From: Lingula anatina
Lineage: Eukaryota > Animalia > Brachiopoda
Direction of reading: 5' to 3'
Assembly (NCBI GenBank): GCA_051362555.1
Contig: CM120641.1
Location: 38,074,401 to 38,138,400 of the forward strand
DNA length: 64,000 bases
Shown: piece by piece, positions 12,791 to 27,700 of the stretch
How the letters are laid out: the number at the start of each line of letters is the position of its first letter
Position numbering within the stretch: the stretch's first letter is position 1
Translations under genes and position numbers: made by a program
Notes under the pieces: generated by a model
Told to the model about the DNA's origin: nothing
The model's input: the letters and a program-made list of their open reading frames with translations, nothing else
The model's database searches: none

Positions 12791-15700
12791 ACATATATAG
12801 GATCAAGTTGGTCAGCCAGGAAGCCATCCCTGAGGTGCATCCTCTGTTTCTCTCCCCTGGAATTAATAGGCACCACCCCGGGGTCCACCACAACCACCAC
12901 GCCCACAATCAAATAGTGGTCTTCCAGTACAGCGTTTGTCACCAGGGGAACAAGGTCCAGAGCCTCATTCTCATTTCCGTCCAGTTCGACTACAACCACA
13001 AGGAGGTTGGTCCAGGTGAACACAGCACTGTTAAATAGAAATATTAAATGTTTTGTAAAAAGCATTTTAATTTAAACAAATTTTAAATGCATTTTCTGTC
13101 AGCACTGAATTGCATAAAAACTGGTACACAGGTTAAACATGGTCTTTTTTGTCATTGAAATGTTAAATCTTTAACGACAAAATAATAATAATAATTTAAT
13201 GCACTACTTAAATTGGCACTGAACTTTTTCACCCAGATATTGTCAATACTAATAATCAGGAATAATCATATAATAAAGAAAAACATTGACACCACATAAT
13301 CCATCACTGAACGCTTACATGCCAGTGCAAAACTACCAAATACAAGAATATATTGATAATTCAAACAATTTCCAATGGGTATAAACATGATCCCACTCAC
13401 CATTCACAGATCTTCCTATGTGACCTGAGGACAGTGCTCTCTATGTCAATAGGATGGTACCTCATTCCACGTAGCATCACTGTCTCATCCAGAGCACCTA
13501 CTATAAACACAGCATCATGACGCTCTGAAATAAACAATAACAAATGATGCAGGGGCATTAATCCCTTCAGCATGCAATGAAACATTCATCAGTAGGGACT
13601 TGTCCTGCATTCTTTTTTGAACTTATTCCATTAAGGCAGAAAAAAGTTTGTTTTTTTTTTTGAAAAATGATTCCACTTCATAAAACGAGCTATTCTTTGT
13701 GTAAGTTATGCTTTTTTTATGCCATTTTGAACAATTAACTTTACCAATAATAATAATAATACATCTTATCACAACAAACCTCCATCAGACTGTGTAAGTT
13801 CCGTTCTCCTCACAAAGCCAAGGAATCCCGTCCTTGCGTAGGTGGTCTGTGTGTCCCCAGTGACCAACCTGGCATCAAAGTGATCAGCATGCAGGGACTC
13901 ATCCCCATATATCGTGTAGTAACCACTGGCATTGTGAGGGGTGTTCACCCAGATCTGAAACAAAAAAATAAATAAATAAATAAAAATTAAAAAAAAAAAA
14001 AAACATTCTTAAAGTTTTATTGTAATATATCTATCTGAAATGAAACGGTGCAGAAAACATTTTCTGTATATAAACAAACCACGGCACTTAAATTTTGATA
14101 CTCCTTCCAAATATAATACGATACAGCAAGATGAGCTTGTGAAGAAAAAAAAAAGGACTTCTAAACAAATGTTCATATTAACATTCTACTGTCATTTTGA
14201 TTAGTATCATTTGACTAGTATTAGTACAGTAAGAGATGTGTGCACATACAGACAGTCTGTCTGAACTTAAGAAGGTGGATGGGTGACAAAAAAGAAAACA
14301 ATTTTTTGTCATTTTGTACCCTATACTGATCATAAAAGTAAATTGCAGTGACCACACACATACCTCCCCCAGGTGAGAGTCTGCACACTGCCCCTTGGTC
14401 TCTGGGTTGGCAATGGCCACTTTGACCCCAGGAAGAAGCTGAAAGATAAAATTGGAGATTTGTCAATGAATATTTATCAAATTTGGGCACTTCTGATAAA
14501 CAATGAAATCTTTGTTAAGGATATTTTACAGCTGAAAACTTGGATACGGGCAATGGTCCGAAGTTCTTGGAAAAGGCTCCAACAATTTTGAGTCTTGAGC
14601 ATCAGTTTTAGTACTTAAAAAATATATAATTCCTATTTTTTTTAAGTTATCATTTTGCTTTGTCTAATGGAAGAAGACTAAAATCTTACCTTGCCTGACT
14701 CCATTAAACAAAGACTGTGAGGACTTCCCTTTTCCACCAGTGAAACTCTATCATTGCGCAATGCTTTGAGATCACAATAGACTGTGGTGGTGTCTGGACT
14801 AGATGCACCCTGCAACAATAAAAATATAGTTTGGTTAAATCAACATAATATGGCAGTAAAATGTTACAATAAGAGTGTCATTTCTGTGAAAGAGAACTTT
14901 TGTGGTTTCAATTTTTAAAGGATGCACTTGTTCCCACCTTGGCACTGATTATACTGCCAGAGAATGAAGCCGTATATAGTGTTAGCTTGGCAATATTGCA
15001 CAAATATCTTTATCCTTGTCCTATATTGTGAAAATAAAAGAGATGTTTTTTAAAAATCTTTATCAGAATTGTCCCCCCCCCCCCTGCCCCCACTCCCATC
15101 TTCCTTGTTATTTTCTTGTTTTTTCTCTCTTTTGTCTCCAGAAGGGTTCTCATAAAATTCTATAAATTTTTTTTATTTTCAAGAAAAGAGAATTATAGGC
15201 ACCTGCAAACACATGGCCACATTAACTCTGCAGCCAAAACTGGTGCTGACTGCCCTGGGTGCCAATCCCAGACTGGAGAAGATCTTAGTGAACTGACTGG
15301 TCAGCTGAATTCTTGGTCTCTCCTCAGCCACCACCACCAGGGTACGGACACAAGACAGGTTCACACCTTTTGTCTGGAAACGGGAATAATTTTTGTTTAA
15401 ATGAGGATAAACACAATGTGTCATATCACTGTTAGTTAGGGGTCGATAAATGAAATGATGAAAAGTTTCAGTTTTGGGTAACCATTTGTATATATTCAAT
15501 AACATAATTGATTAGCAAGTCCTACAAAATAATCTTAACCAGAAAGCATTTTTGGAAAGACAGATTTCAATGTTATTATAAATAAAACTTTACTTTTCAT
15601 GAAAAATATAAAAGCCTTTATAACATTAAGGATTTTCAAAATTCAAGACAAGGCCTCTAACACTGACTTCAGGCTAAATTTCACTGTAAAGAGAAACATA

Positions 15701-18700
15701 CTTTGAGCATTGCTGTGGAAGTTCCTAGCCCTTTACAGCACAGTTCCATGACTCCATATGAGCAAAATGTGTCTCGAACTGAAAGAAAATGAGAGAAACT
15801 GAAATATATGAAATGTCAAATAGTCTAATATCAGTCTAATTGCAACATAAAAACTGATACAACACTAGACAGATTTTGAAAAAAATACTCTTTCCCATTC
15901 ATCATGCTTACCTTTGCACTGGCTTACAACAGTGAGCCATATTGCTGGGTTAATCTCCACCTCTGAGGGAGGAATCAATATTGAGTGGTGGCCAGAGTAT
16001 ACACTAAAAAAAATACAACACACATTTAACTTAATTCATAGTTTCGTGGTTGCAATAAAATAAAATAAAATGATACATTAGGGATAAATTTTAATGTAAT
16101 GTAATTACATGAATCCCTTTTTCATATTCATTGAAATCGAAAAATCAAACTCCCATACCTTGAAAGGCACCAAAGCACAAAGCCAAGTCCTGAGTATGGG
16201 TCCAGAGATAAAGACACATCCCTGGATGGATATAACTCACACTGAAGTTTGATTGACCTGCATAAAGCTGTGGTAGCAGCATGGGACATCTGAAATAGAA
16301 AGGAGATGTTTGTGATATATGTTGTAATAATTCTAAGAGTAAATTAAAGTTCTATTTAGAATTCAGAAAACAATTTTTAATTTTTTTATCTCATCAATAG
16401 CACATACAAATTGTCTAGATACCAAATAACTTCAAACATGGCAGCCAAAATCTAAATATTAACCAAGTCTACTGACTAAACAAGTAATAGTTTCCACATA
16501 TTAATTCACCTTAATCCCAGCTAGCATGCCTGTGGTGGACACACTGAAGTCTAGGTAACAAATCATCTCAGAAGTGGGAGCCCTGTATAAATTAGCCAGC
16601 TTTTTCTTGGGGAGATCATCAGTGTCTAAGAGGGTAGGCCACGCCTTGATGTCTGTGACAGCTGCAGCCTCCTGGAAGTAGAGAACTAGAGGTCAGTTGG
16701 CATATCTCTATGCACATGTATTATAAAATGTTTTTTTTTTTTTTTTTTTTTTTTTATCTTGAACCCAAAACCCCTGGGGAAGATAAGTTAATATGCAATA
16801 CAGACTTTTGTTCACCTGTCATATTTAAACAAAATCCATATTTGGTTAAGTTTAACCATCAAAAGCTTGTAACTTTGTAAGCCTAACCTACACCTGAAAT
16901 CCTTTACCAGCACCTGTCACAATACCTTACCTTTGATTTTAACAGTTTAATGACATTGGCAGTGGACAGTACAGCTACAGCCTTGCTGACCTCTACTATC
17001 ATGCGGACAGTGGGCAGTGTGGTGGCCAGATTCTGAGGATGAGGGGGGCGCACTGTCACTGGTACCATGCCTGGGGAGGGAGGAAAAAATTCATTTTCTT
17101 AGATATCAATTTCATGACTATGAACACAACTTGTAAAATGGCTTTCTTAGATATCATATTTGTGACTATGAATATAACTAGTAAAATGACTCCCAACATG
17201 ATAGATTATTGATTGTGATATAACATAAAATTGTCTACAACTAACCACTAAATGTCTCTGAATAGCAGATAAAAGAGTTATCACATTTTCACCTTTCCCT
17301 CAATTCTTCATGCATATTACTTATGACATAATATAGAAGATTTATTGTACAGAATAGTTCCAACCTCGAAAGAACAAAGAGATGGGGATTGTCAATTTTA
17401 AATGGCACTTTTTCTTTTCATACTTACCAACATACAGACATCCATAGAAGGCAGCAATCAAGTCAACACCTGGAATATTTCAAATAATATAGTTATTTCC
17501 AACAAGCAAATACTTTGAATTTTCTGCAAACCATTGATTTTCAAATTTCAAAACATCTTTTTTAACAAATTATCTCTAATGATTCAGGGAAAGTTAAACT
17601 TTTTACTATGTAAAAGTCTGATGCTCATTAGGTTCCCTCGGTTTGTCATGAATCAATAGTTTTGGATAGGACAACCTTGGTGATAGAAAATAAATTGTTG
17701 AAAATTCCAGAACAATTAGAAATTTGCTTTACACATGTTAAATGCTCATTTGGTGCCTTAAACATCATTCATTTACCTGGTGAGAACACCAAGGCCACAT
17801 GGTCTCCTGTATTGAGTTTTCCTCTCTCCACAAGTAGACAGCCGATCTTCTCAGCTTTCTTGTGCAGCTGCATGCATGTAGTGGTTAAATGGGGCTGGCC
17901 CTGGTAAAATGGAATTATTTTCATAATTTCAGACTCAATTTGATCAATTCTTTTATTGGATGTTGGATAACAAGTACCATAAGAACCTATTAAAATAGAC
18001 TTATATTCTGATGATGTCAACATACAGACATTGTAAGAAATGAAATTATTTCAATCTCAACTTAACAAAAATATAGTTTTCTTTACATGTGTCAATGGAG
18101 TGCATATATCCAAAAACTAATTTTCACCATAAATTATAGACATGTTAATATTTGTTAAGTTTTCTTTCTGTCAGTATCTCGGAAACGTGTGATCCTCACC
18201 TTTGCATTCATCACTGTAAACAGTTGGTGGTTAGGGGTGGCCTCTGCCCGCCAGCGTAATATTTCAGCCAGGAACTGATACTGAAATCAAGAACATTTTT
18301 GTTTAAAATTGGAATCTCCATTTAAGAGGCCACTTTAAAAAATTATTTGAAATATTAAATATTTAATGCAGAATAAATACCAAAATCAATGCAATGTTAA
18401 ATATTTATAAGTCTTGATACATTTCATAGCTTTCTTTTTTTTTCTTTGTATTGTACTATGACAATGCCGATTCTATATTTCATCTAAGAATTGTAACTGT
18501 GAACACTACCATTCTCAACCATGAAAGTACTAAAACAAGTTCTAATTTCTGATGAATAAATTCCTGTCATTCATTCAATTTCAGAATCCAATACATTGAT
18601 ATTGATATGATATTTCTACCTTTTTTGCTGAGTCGCTGTCATCATCTAAGTAGCCAATGTCTCTTCCCTGAGCCCAAGCCAGCCTGGCCCCCTGGACTAT

Positions 18701-21700
18701 ATTACCTACGTACATAGCAGACGCACCAACATCTGGAACAGAAGAAAATGGCGTACTCATAACTTGACATAAACACAACTGTTTAATAAAATGTAATCAG
18801 CGCTGCATTAAAATGTGCTGAAACAATGATTATGCAAAAGTCAAGTTGTTGGAAATTCACAATCTTACTTTCTTATTTTTATATGACAATGTGATGAACT
18901 ACGACAACTTTCCTCCACAAATTTTAAATGCCTCACTTTCTTGTTCTAAAAAAAAAAAAAAAAGGTCACATAAATAGTGCCCTGTGTTCTACTGACCCCC
19001 AGTGTGATGTTCTCTTGGTTTTGGCAGGTTGGTAACACAGGTATGTGGACACATCAGTACATTGGCTGGGTGGAGAGATCCCTCGAGGAAACGCTTCTTT
19101 GTCTCGTGTATGTGAATACCTCCCAGAGGAGTCTGGAAATATATAAGACATCAAATATATGTCCCATAATGTTATTTTCATATTCTGGCTATTTGTTCTA
19201 AATGCTACAAAAGATGATAATTTTTACAAGCAGAATTTGGGAAGTTAATTCCACAAATAGGCACTTTTTATGAGATCTGTGAGGTTTTTTTCATGCCTGC
19301 TCAGAAGCTTGATCTTATCTTGAAGTAGACACAAACAGTGTTGCTTACTGCAATCTTCAGTGAGATTTAATTTTCATTTTGAATGAGTCACATCACTACC
19401 TTTAAATGCTCAGAATTATCATATCTGGTTAAATAATGTGAGAGAGACAGGTGTCACCTACCCTGGGTAGATAGTTAGGTGGGACCAGAGCCAGACAGTA
19501 GACCCCAGCCTGGTGTATACTGTCCACAGCTTGTAGCACACGGCTCATCCACTGGAAACTCTGCAAATGACAAAGAAAAAACACCAGACATCAATAAAAT
19601 GGAAATCTAAATTACCAGGCTCAAAATGAGAGTAATTATAAAACCATACTCATTTTTAAGGCATGAATAGAACTTAAAAGACCCAAATATTAAATTCAAA
19701 CATTTTTATTTCCAACACAGATAGCAGAATCACAACATTTAGACACCATAAATGGTCTTTGTTCAAGAGAACTTCCAGGATACAATAATGTACAGGTGGG
19801 GAAATTGTATCCTTGAGTTATGAAAATTTGTGAACAAAACACCAACTGTTACCTCTTCTTCCGAGCAGTCTGGCCTCTGTTCTGCTATCACCACAATGCG
19901 CTCGTCTTTTAGCACCGTCATTGAAAACACTGCAATCCTGGAACAGAGATGACGTGTGTGTAAAGTACAAGTTTCAGCTTGGCCCTAATGGTAGAAACTT
20001 TGTTTAAAAGTAAAACGTGTCATCAAGGCGAGTCATCAAAATCATATTATTCCTCATTTATAAAATGGGGAAACACAAAGCTGACAGAAAAATAACTCTT
20101 AGGAATCTAACATACATAAAAGTGCTCACATATCTGGTATATGTATGTTTGATATACTCATCAGTATTCATATATCTGTATATTTAGCCTATGGGAACAT
20201 TCCTACCTCCCCCTGTAAATGAACTTCATAGGTTCCACTGCTAGAACTGTTGCAATGATGTCATCTGTGTTGTGTCGTCTGCCAGTAACTGTCATTAGCC
20301 CCTCTCTGCTACCACACACAAATATCAATCCACCCTGGAAACAGCAGTTATAATGCTCTCTCTTCAACCATCAACTTATTCATATTTTCACTCATATGAT
20401 TTTTACATCCAGCAACAAATACATTTGAAACATTTTTCAAAATTCAGATTAGGAACTATAAAGTAAGGTATTAATTCCTTACCACTGGCACATGCCAGTA
20501 TTAGCAGCAGTACAATAAGACCTGTAGTTTTTTCATACATTCTGTAGTTTACAAACTATGGAGACTTGTACTTACAGGACCCAGAAACCCAAGTAGCCCA
20601 GTTTTAACAAACATGTGGTTCTCTCTTACTGGTCTGCCATCTACAGTGAGGGGTTGAACCTGGAAAAAAATATCAATTTTTTTTTAAAAAATATTCTACA
20701 TCATTGAAAAATTAAAAACATTTTCTTTTGACACATATGAAGGCCATGACAATGACAGCTCATCATTGTCTCAATAATAGTACCCTTCATACAAAAATCA
20801 AGTTTCTTAGGTATAAAACAAATAGGCATATAAAGTGATAATGAAGTTAGCTGACTATTAACTGCAATAAGGATCTAGTCAGATAATATAATAACTATAA
20901 TGTATATCACACCTTGAAGTAAGTACTTGTAATGCCTTGCAGTCCCCAGTACCCGGAGCCCGAGTATGCTGCACTGACACACAGCTCCCCAACCTCATCT
21001 GTTTTGCATAGGTATGGGGGTCCATCAATGCGCACCACAACCATTGTAGCTGGCAAAATGAAAGTGAAACCATCAATGTTTGGGAGGAGAATGCTACAGA
21101 ATTTAAAAATCCTAGGCAGGGTCATTTATAGATGCTACAATGGCTAATGTTTGCTGGATTCACATAAGTAGAAAAACAATATTTTAAAAGGTTTATTCCA
21201 AATTTTGTTATTGTATCTAGCAATACAGTTCCAAATATTATTATAGTATTGTTTCTTACATGCATATTTTGTTCCAGTATCTAACAAAACAAATCCCCAA
21301 TTTTGTTAGAGTATCTAACAATACATACCACCCGGCATGACCTGACCACAGTCCTGTAAAGTGAGAGAGGTCAAGCTGTTCTCAGAGTCCACCCTCACAA
21401 CACCATAACTTAACCCCTGCATGGACAACACTCCTCGTCCTGTGGCACTGGCACTGGTACGACCAGGTCTGAAACAGAAACAGGAAGTTTATTTCCATCA
21501 AAATGTGGAAGACATAAACCATCAAGGAACTTCATCGTCCTTCATCTGTATTATACAGACTAAGTTCCAAAATTAATTTCTTAAAACAGGTAAACTCAAG
21601 GTAAATTTCATGTCAATAATTCTCAAGTGGAGGCTACAATAAAATCATTCTCTGACTAAGGTGTCTTAGTAAACATGATATAATGAGGGCTTATAGCTCC

Positions 21701-24700
21701 AAATTAAGCTGTGGTTTAAAGGGACTAGTATTGTAACTTCGGTTGAGATAAACTTTTAACTACAATGTCCACATATGTTAGAGAAAAAAATTGGGACATT
21801 TTTAAGCAAAATATGACAATCAATCCACTAAAAGCCTTTATTACATTTCTAAATTGATATGTAAAATACCTTCTAACAGAGACTGTCAGTGTTTCTGAAG
21901 AGCTTGCACATGGGCATATTGCCTCTGGGCGGAGACCTTTGTTTTGGAAGACATTCAAGAAAGAATCACAGGATGTCAGCGACCCTAAAAAGATGTCAGA
22001 AGGATAAGTAATTTAATTAAGTTCTTGTCCATGAGTCAAGAGTATCTTTAAATATTGTTTTGTCATATAGTTTCTGTTTTAAAATGGCCTTTTGAAAACC
22101 CTTATGTCAACAAATTATAATTTAGGGGTTGAATGGAAAGCATTTCCTTCCGTTTATTTGTCTCCTGCAGCATACGACATCAAAAACAAATGGTTTCATA
22201 TCAAAAAGGTTTGCTTGGCAGCAGTTTTGTCTCCAAACTTCTTCCTGTTGATCAAAGTTAGGTCACAGATCACGGCTATGTTACGTGTGCCTGCTAGAAC
22301 TACTGAATACAGGGACATTTGACAGATTAGGCAGGGGGCACATCAAAGGAAGAAACAAACAAAAATGCTAAATCTCTCTTTTCTTCTTAAACAATATCTT
22401 AGGGCTCTTTAAGACTGCAATCGACCTTGTACTCTTAATTTAAAATATATATATATATTTTTTCAACCAATAATAAAAAACTTAAATAAATAAATAGTAT
22501 ATGACATATCTTGATAGAAAGCCACACAGATATGTTTTGTCATGAACCTAAACAGACATGATGGCGATGATATTATGACAACTGGTTGTCAGGCCAGTAA
22601 TAAAGACACATCAAGATGCTACTCTATATCATGCTTTGGACTGGTTCCATCACGTCAGGCTTGGCACACTTTGCTCACTTCAGAGATGGTGTATTGCATA
22701 AAATATTAGTCATATCATTACTTGTTGAACAGTTTGTAAATATCTATCCCACATGAGATACAAAGATGTTTTAAAAAGTTGCAAATAGATCGAGAAAGTC
22801 AATAAAGGCCATATCATATCATACCAGCTTGTCTTAATAAATACTTGTCTAATGCACATTGTTGCTAAAATTCTTCATCAAATTGGCTGGTTTATACATG
22901 GCAATCACATTCAAATCATAAAATATTCATGCATTTGAAACTAATTCTACCATGCATCAACGTGCTAGTCAAGTCTCACACAATTCAACTGTTAACACTC
23001 CTTAATAGCAAGAACACAAATTAAGACATATATTAAAGGTATTCAGGTAAATGCTTTGATGTTCTGTATCAGAACTACAGAATTCAGATTCAATCCATAC
23101 AACAATATATGCTTTATAGCCTCATACAAAGAATCCAGCCTCATTCAGTAGATATCAATCTAGATGACAATAGATGCAGTTTATCTCACACCTTGAGGTG
23201 TACACGGCTCATCCGAGTACAAACTCATAATGTATTCTACATCACTCAGAAACTGACTTGCACCTACAGATACAAAACAAGGCAGCAAAGCTGTCAAATG
23301 TACAGACAAAAAGCAGGAAATAACTATGCACAAAACAGGCTACTGTCAATTCTGATGCAAAAGTACATTATGTTAAACTGCAAATTCAACATCAAATTTT
23401 AATTATGCTCAACAGGTAATACCAATGTAAGTAAAATGTGTAACAAGCATAAGGCTTCAGGCCCATGGCAGTTCAAGTTCACACTTTGAAAATGTATAAC
23501 TTCCAGAAAAAGAAGCCAATTAGACTGCTTTTCCAACTCAGGCTGCATTTTAGTCCTGTATTTCTTTTTTGAACGTTTTGCAATCATCAGTAACATGGTT
23601 TTCCCATAATGGACATCATGGCAGCAGCACCCAAAATTGTGTTTTCTTCTATTCTGATGCAATATTACATAATGGTTAACAGCATAATGACCGTCAATTT
23701 TTAATAATAAAATATACGTGTCATGGATTTTCAGAAAATGTGACTAGCATGGGTCTTCAAGCCCATGGAACTTCAAAGTCACACCTTGAAAATGCCAATA
23801 TGTGAAAAATTAAATTTTCACAAAAAAACTGTTTAACTAGCAGAAAGAATTACCAAACAGACTGCATTGCCTACTGAAGCTGTATTTTAGTCCCATGTTT
23901 CTTTCCTGTAAGTCTGAGAACAGTAAGTGACATGATTTTTCTTAAATGGTCATCATGGGAGCAGTGCCCAAAATATTTTTTTTCCAAATTTTGATGCAAT
24001 ATTACATAACGTTTAACAGCATAATGACCATCAATTTTTAATAATAAAATATTTGTATTATGGATATTCAGAAAATGTGACTAGCAAAGGCCTTCAGGCC
24101 CATGGAACTTCAAAGTCACAACTTGAAAATGCCAAAATGTAAACAAGACAGCACTGTTCTGAAATGTTTTTTTTTTTTTTTTTCATTTTTAACACTTTTT
24201 TAACATAAAACGAAATTAACAGTTTACTGCCATTTTTATATGATCAACTAAGAAAATTGATAAGATGGGAAAAATATCAATAGAACAGTGTCAAATGTCC
24301 AATTTCCTCCATTCTGAGTTTCTGAACATAGTGAATGATTGAATCTTACAAACTGCAATGATATGAGTTTATTTCCATTTTTGACACCTTATTACACAAT
24401 ACACGATTACAGGTTTACCATCATTTTTACAAAATCAACTAACAATGTTGTAAAGATGCAGGAAATGTCAAACAAACACTTTTACGTATCTTATTAATTA
24501 AATAAAGAGACTGTTAACATGCCTAAGAATTGAATCTGAGGAAATGTGAAAAAACAGCATAACTTATAAAATAATGGTCCGATTATGCTGATTTTCGAAC
24601 TTGACCTGCGTTTTAGTAAGATTGATTACTCCTGTGAGTTTCATGACAACAGGCCTATGGGTTTTCCTTGAAATGTGTTAACAGTTTAGCATATATGCTG

Positions 24701-27700
24701 AAAAGTGAAAAAACAGCATAACTTATAAAATAATGGTCCGATCATGCCGATTTTCGAACTTGACCTGTGTTTTAGTAAGATTGATTACTCCTGTGAGTTT
24801 CATGACAACAGGCCTATCAGTTTTCCTTGAAATGTGTTAACAGTGTTGCATATATGCTGAAAAGTGAAAAAACAGCATAAATTCTACAATAATGGCCCGA
24901 TCATGCTGATTTTCGAACTTGACCTGCGTTTTATGAATATTCATCAGCTCTGTAAATATAAAGCCAAAAAGTAAAACTGTCTTCCACTTATGGTGTTAAC
25001 GCTGAAAGTGCACGGCGACATGATCGGCGACGGCGACGGCGACGGCGACGACAGACGCAGGTGATGGCAATATGTACAGACACATCTGTGTCTGTACATA
25101 AAAACAATGACAGGGTCCACGGTATTAGTGACACAGATTGAACTACAACACAGAAATGAGCCATTTAACAGAACATTAACGAAAAAGGTACAAAGTATCC
25201 TAACTAAAAGCTTGGCCATTAACACTAAATACATTATTTCTTCCCCAATTTACAGCTGCCACAGTGAATTTTTTGTTTGTAAACAGGAAACTTCCCTGGA
25301 AAAGTGCAGAAATTCGCTACCTGGTTGGATTTCATTTCTAGCCTAGCTAAAACCACAGGAAGGAGTATCCACCACTTAAGTTCTTAGAAGCCATAAATGT
25401 TAACAAGTGCCCTAGGGTATGTGTCTACTTACATGGGTTAGCACCATCAGCCACCAACAGCATACGTAACGAGGACAGGTTGACATCTTTATGGTCCTTC
25501 TGAGCTAGCAGGCCCCAATGCATGTCCCGGGACTTCACCACTGCTATTGTTGCTATAATAATACATATAAAAACATAGCAGGGATTTCTGTGAACTTTTG
25601 AAGTACAGTATAAATTCTGGACAAACCGGTTTGATGATGGCTTTCCAAATGTGTTCACAAACTGCAACTTTAAAAGCAAGCATTAATTTTGGAACACTCA
25701 TAAAATTGTTTCCAAAAATTATATTCTACAAAGCAGCTATTGCATAAAATAAAAACTTTTGTCTCCCAATGGGAGCTTTTAGTAGACAGGTTTTTTAACA
25801 ATCCTCATTTTCTCATCCACACTGACCTTTAAATCTTGTGACCATCTTCATCCAGGAAGCAGGGTCAACTTTCATCAGAGAATATGGGACAAAGATTACA
25901 TGCATGCCATTGAAGACACTCTGAAACAGAACACAGAACATGAAGTAATCCTATTTTAAAAGATGGACTTGGAAAAATATTTTTGTTCAAGAAAGATGTT
26001 GTGCTGATACATATCAAGCATGTTGATTTTATGAAAGAATATTGATATACTTACTGTTAAAATACCATGCCATAGTCCTACGTCTTTCTTGAAGTCTAAT
26101 ACACATACCATAACCTCCCCTGAAACAACAAAAACAAGTTTATGGTTCTATTTTTTCTTTCTTTTTGAATTCATTTTGAGATGCACTGTAAATATAATTC
26201 AAGTAAAGTTGGTATAGGCACAGTATTAGTTCTGAGAGAGTCAAGGGGGTTAATGTGACCATACATTACAACAGCTCTTTTTATTTTTGTAGGTTTCACC
26301 TGTATTGAGGCCAAGTTATAACATCTGACCTGTCATATATTCAAGTTGGCTGTGGGTCTTTCTGACAAATACAACCAATTAAATTACAAAAAAGAAAAAA
26401 AGAAAGAAAGAAAGAAAGTGGACAACCATGACCACACAGTCACTTGTTTTATTCTGAAAGCATTTTTACACCTAAGACTATTATCAACAATGACTGCAGT
26501 GTCATAAAACAAAGAAAACATTATGGATCAATGTTTAATTTCTAAGAGGAGAGGTATTATTTGTTGGTCTGGAACAATACTGATTATGGCCAGGAAACAA
26601 TTCATAGACTATTATTTATTCTCTTATTCACTTAGAGACTCATATTTAAGTGATTTCTGGAGGAATTAAGTCAATACAAAAAAGAGAAGTCTTTTGCTCA
26701 TTACACCTTTCCTGTTTGCTACTTACCTTCTGTATAATTACAAGCTACAGTGAGGGTTCTACAGTGACATAACATATTGTTCCTAGTGACAGTAACCCCC
26801 ATCACACTGCCATCTTTACCACCATGAGTATACTGGAAAAACAACAGAAAACTCCAATAGACTGCCATTACATGCAATATTTTATGTTCATATTTCATTT
26901 CAAAAAGCTTTCACAACTGTTTACCAAGAACAAAACTTTTTTCTCTTTTTTTTTATTTGTTCAAAATTTGCAAACAAATGTTCTTTTTCTAGAACCATTT
27001 CATTATATAATGTCGTTCATACTGCTGGAATCAATTGACATATAAGAAGAGACTGTATATAAAGCATACCTCTATATATGCTGGGGCTTCATCAGACAGC
27101 CGGGGAGGAGGGAGCCAGTCTTTAGGAGGTCGACTTAGGTGCTCTGTTACAAACCAGTGGAGTTTAGGCCAGCCTAAAACATTTTAAAAATACTTCTGAG
27201 TGAAAAATATTTATTTTTATAAAACCCTGGCTTTATCCTTAGTTGTAGCTACATTCCTAAAAGCAAAAGAAAAATCTAAGAATGAACTTTTTTTCTTCAA
27301 TTTCTGTTGACATCTTTGTATCTTATGACTTAACTTGTTTTTAAAGCCTTCGATAGTACAAGTAGCAAGTTTACCTCTGAACTGCATCACGTCCCCAGAC
27401 TGTGTTTTTGGTAAGCCACGGAAACATGCTTCAGAAGTTAGCGCAACATTAACATTTAAAGACCCAAGCAAGAAACCAATGCCTTGAGCCCCAGCATCCT
27501 GGAAAAAATAAAAAACATCAATGTTCAAAGATCATTTACATAAACCAGGACCTTGACAATGGTAATTAAACACAGAAGAGAGGGACAAACTCACCAGTAA
27601 CAGGGAAATTTAGAGACAGATTATAGAATAAAATAATAGGCAAGCTAAGTAGCACAGTGAGCAAATAAACTTTGAAATTTAAGAAAAACATTGTGTCCGA

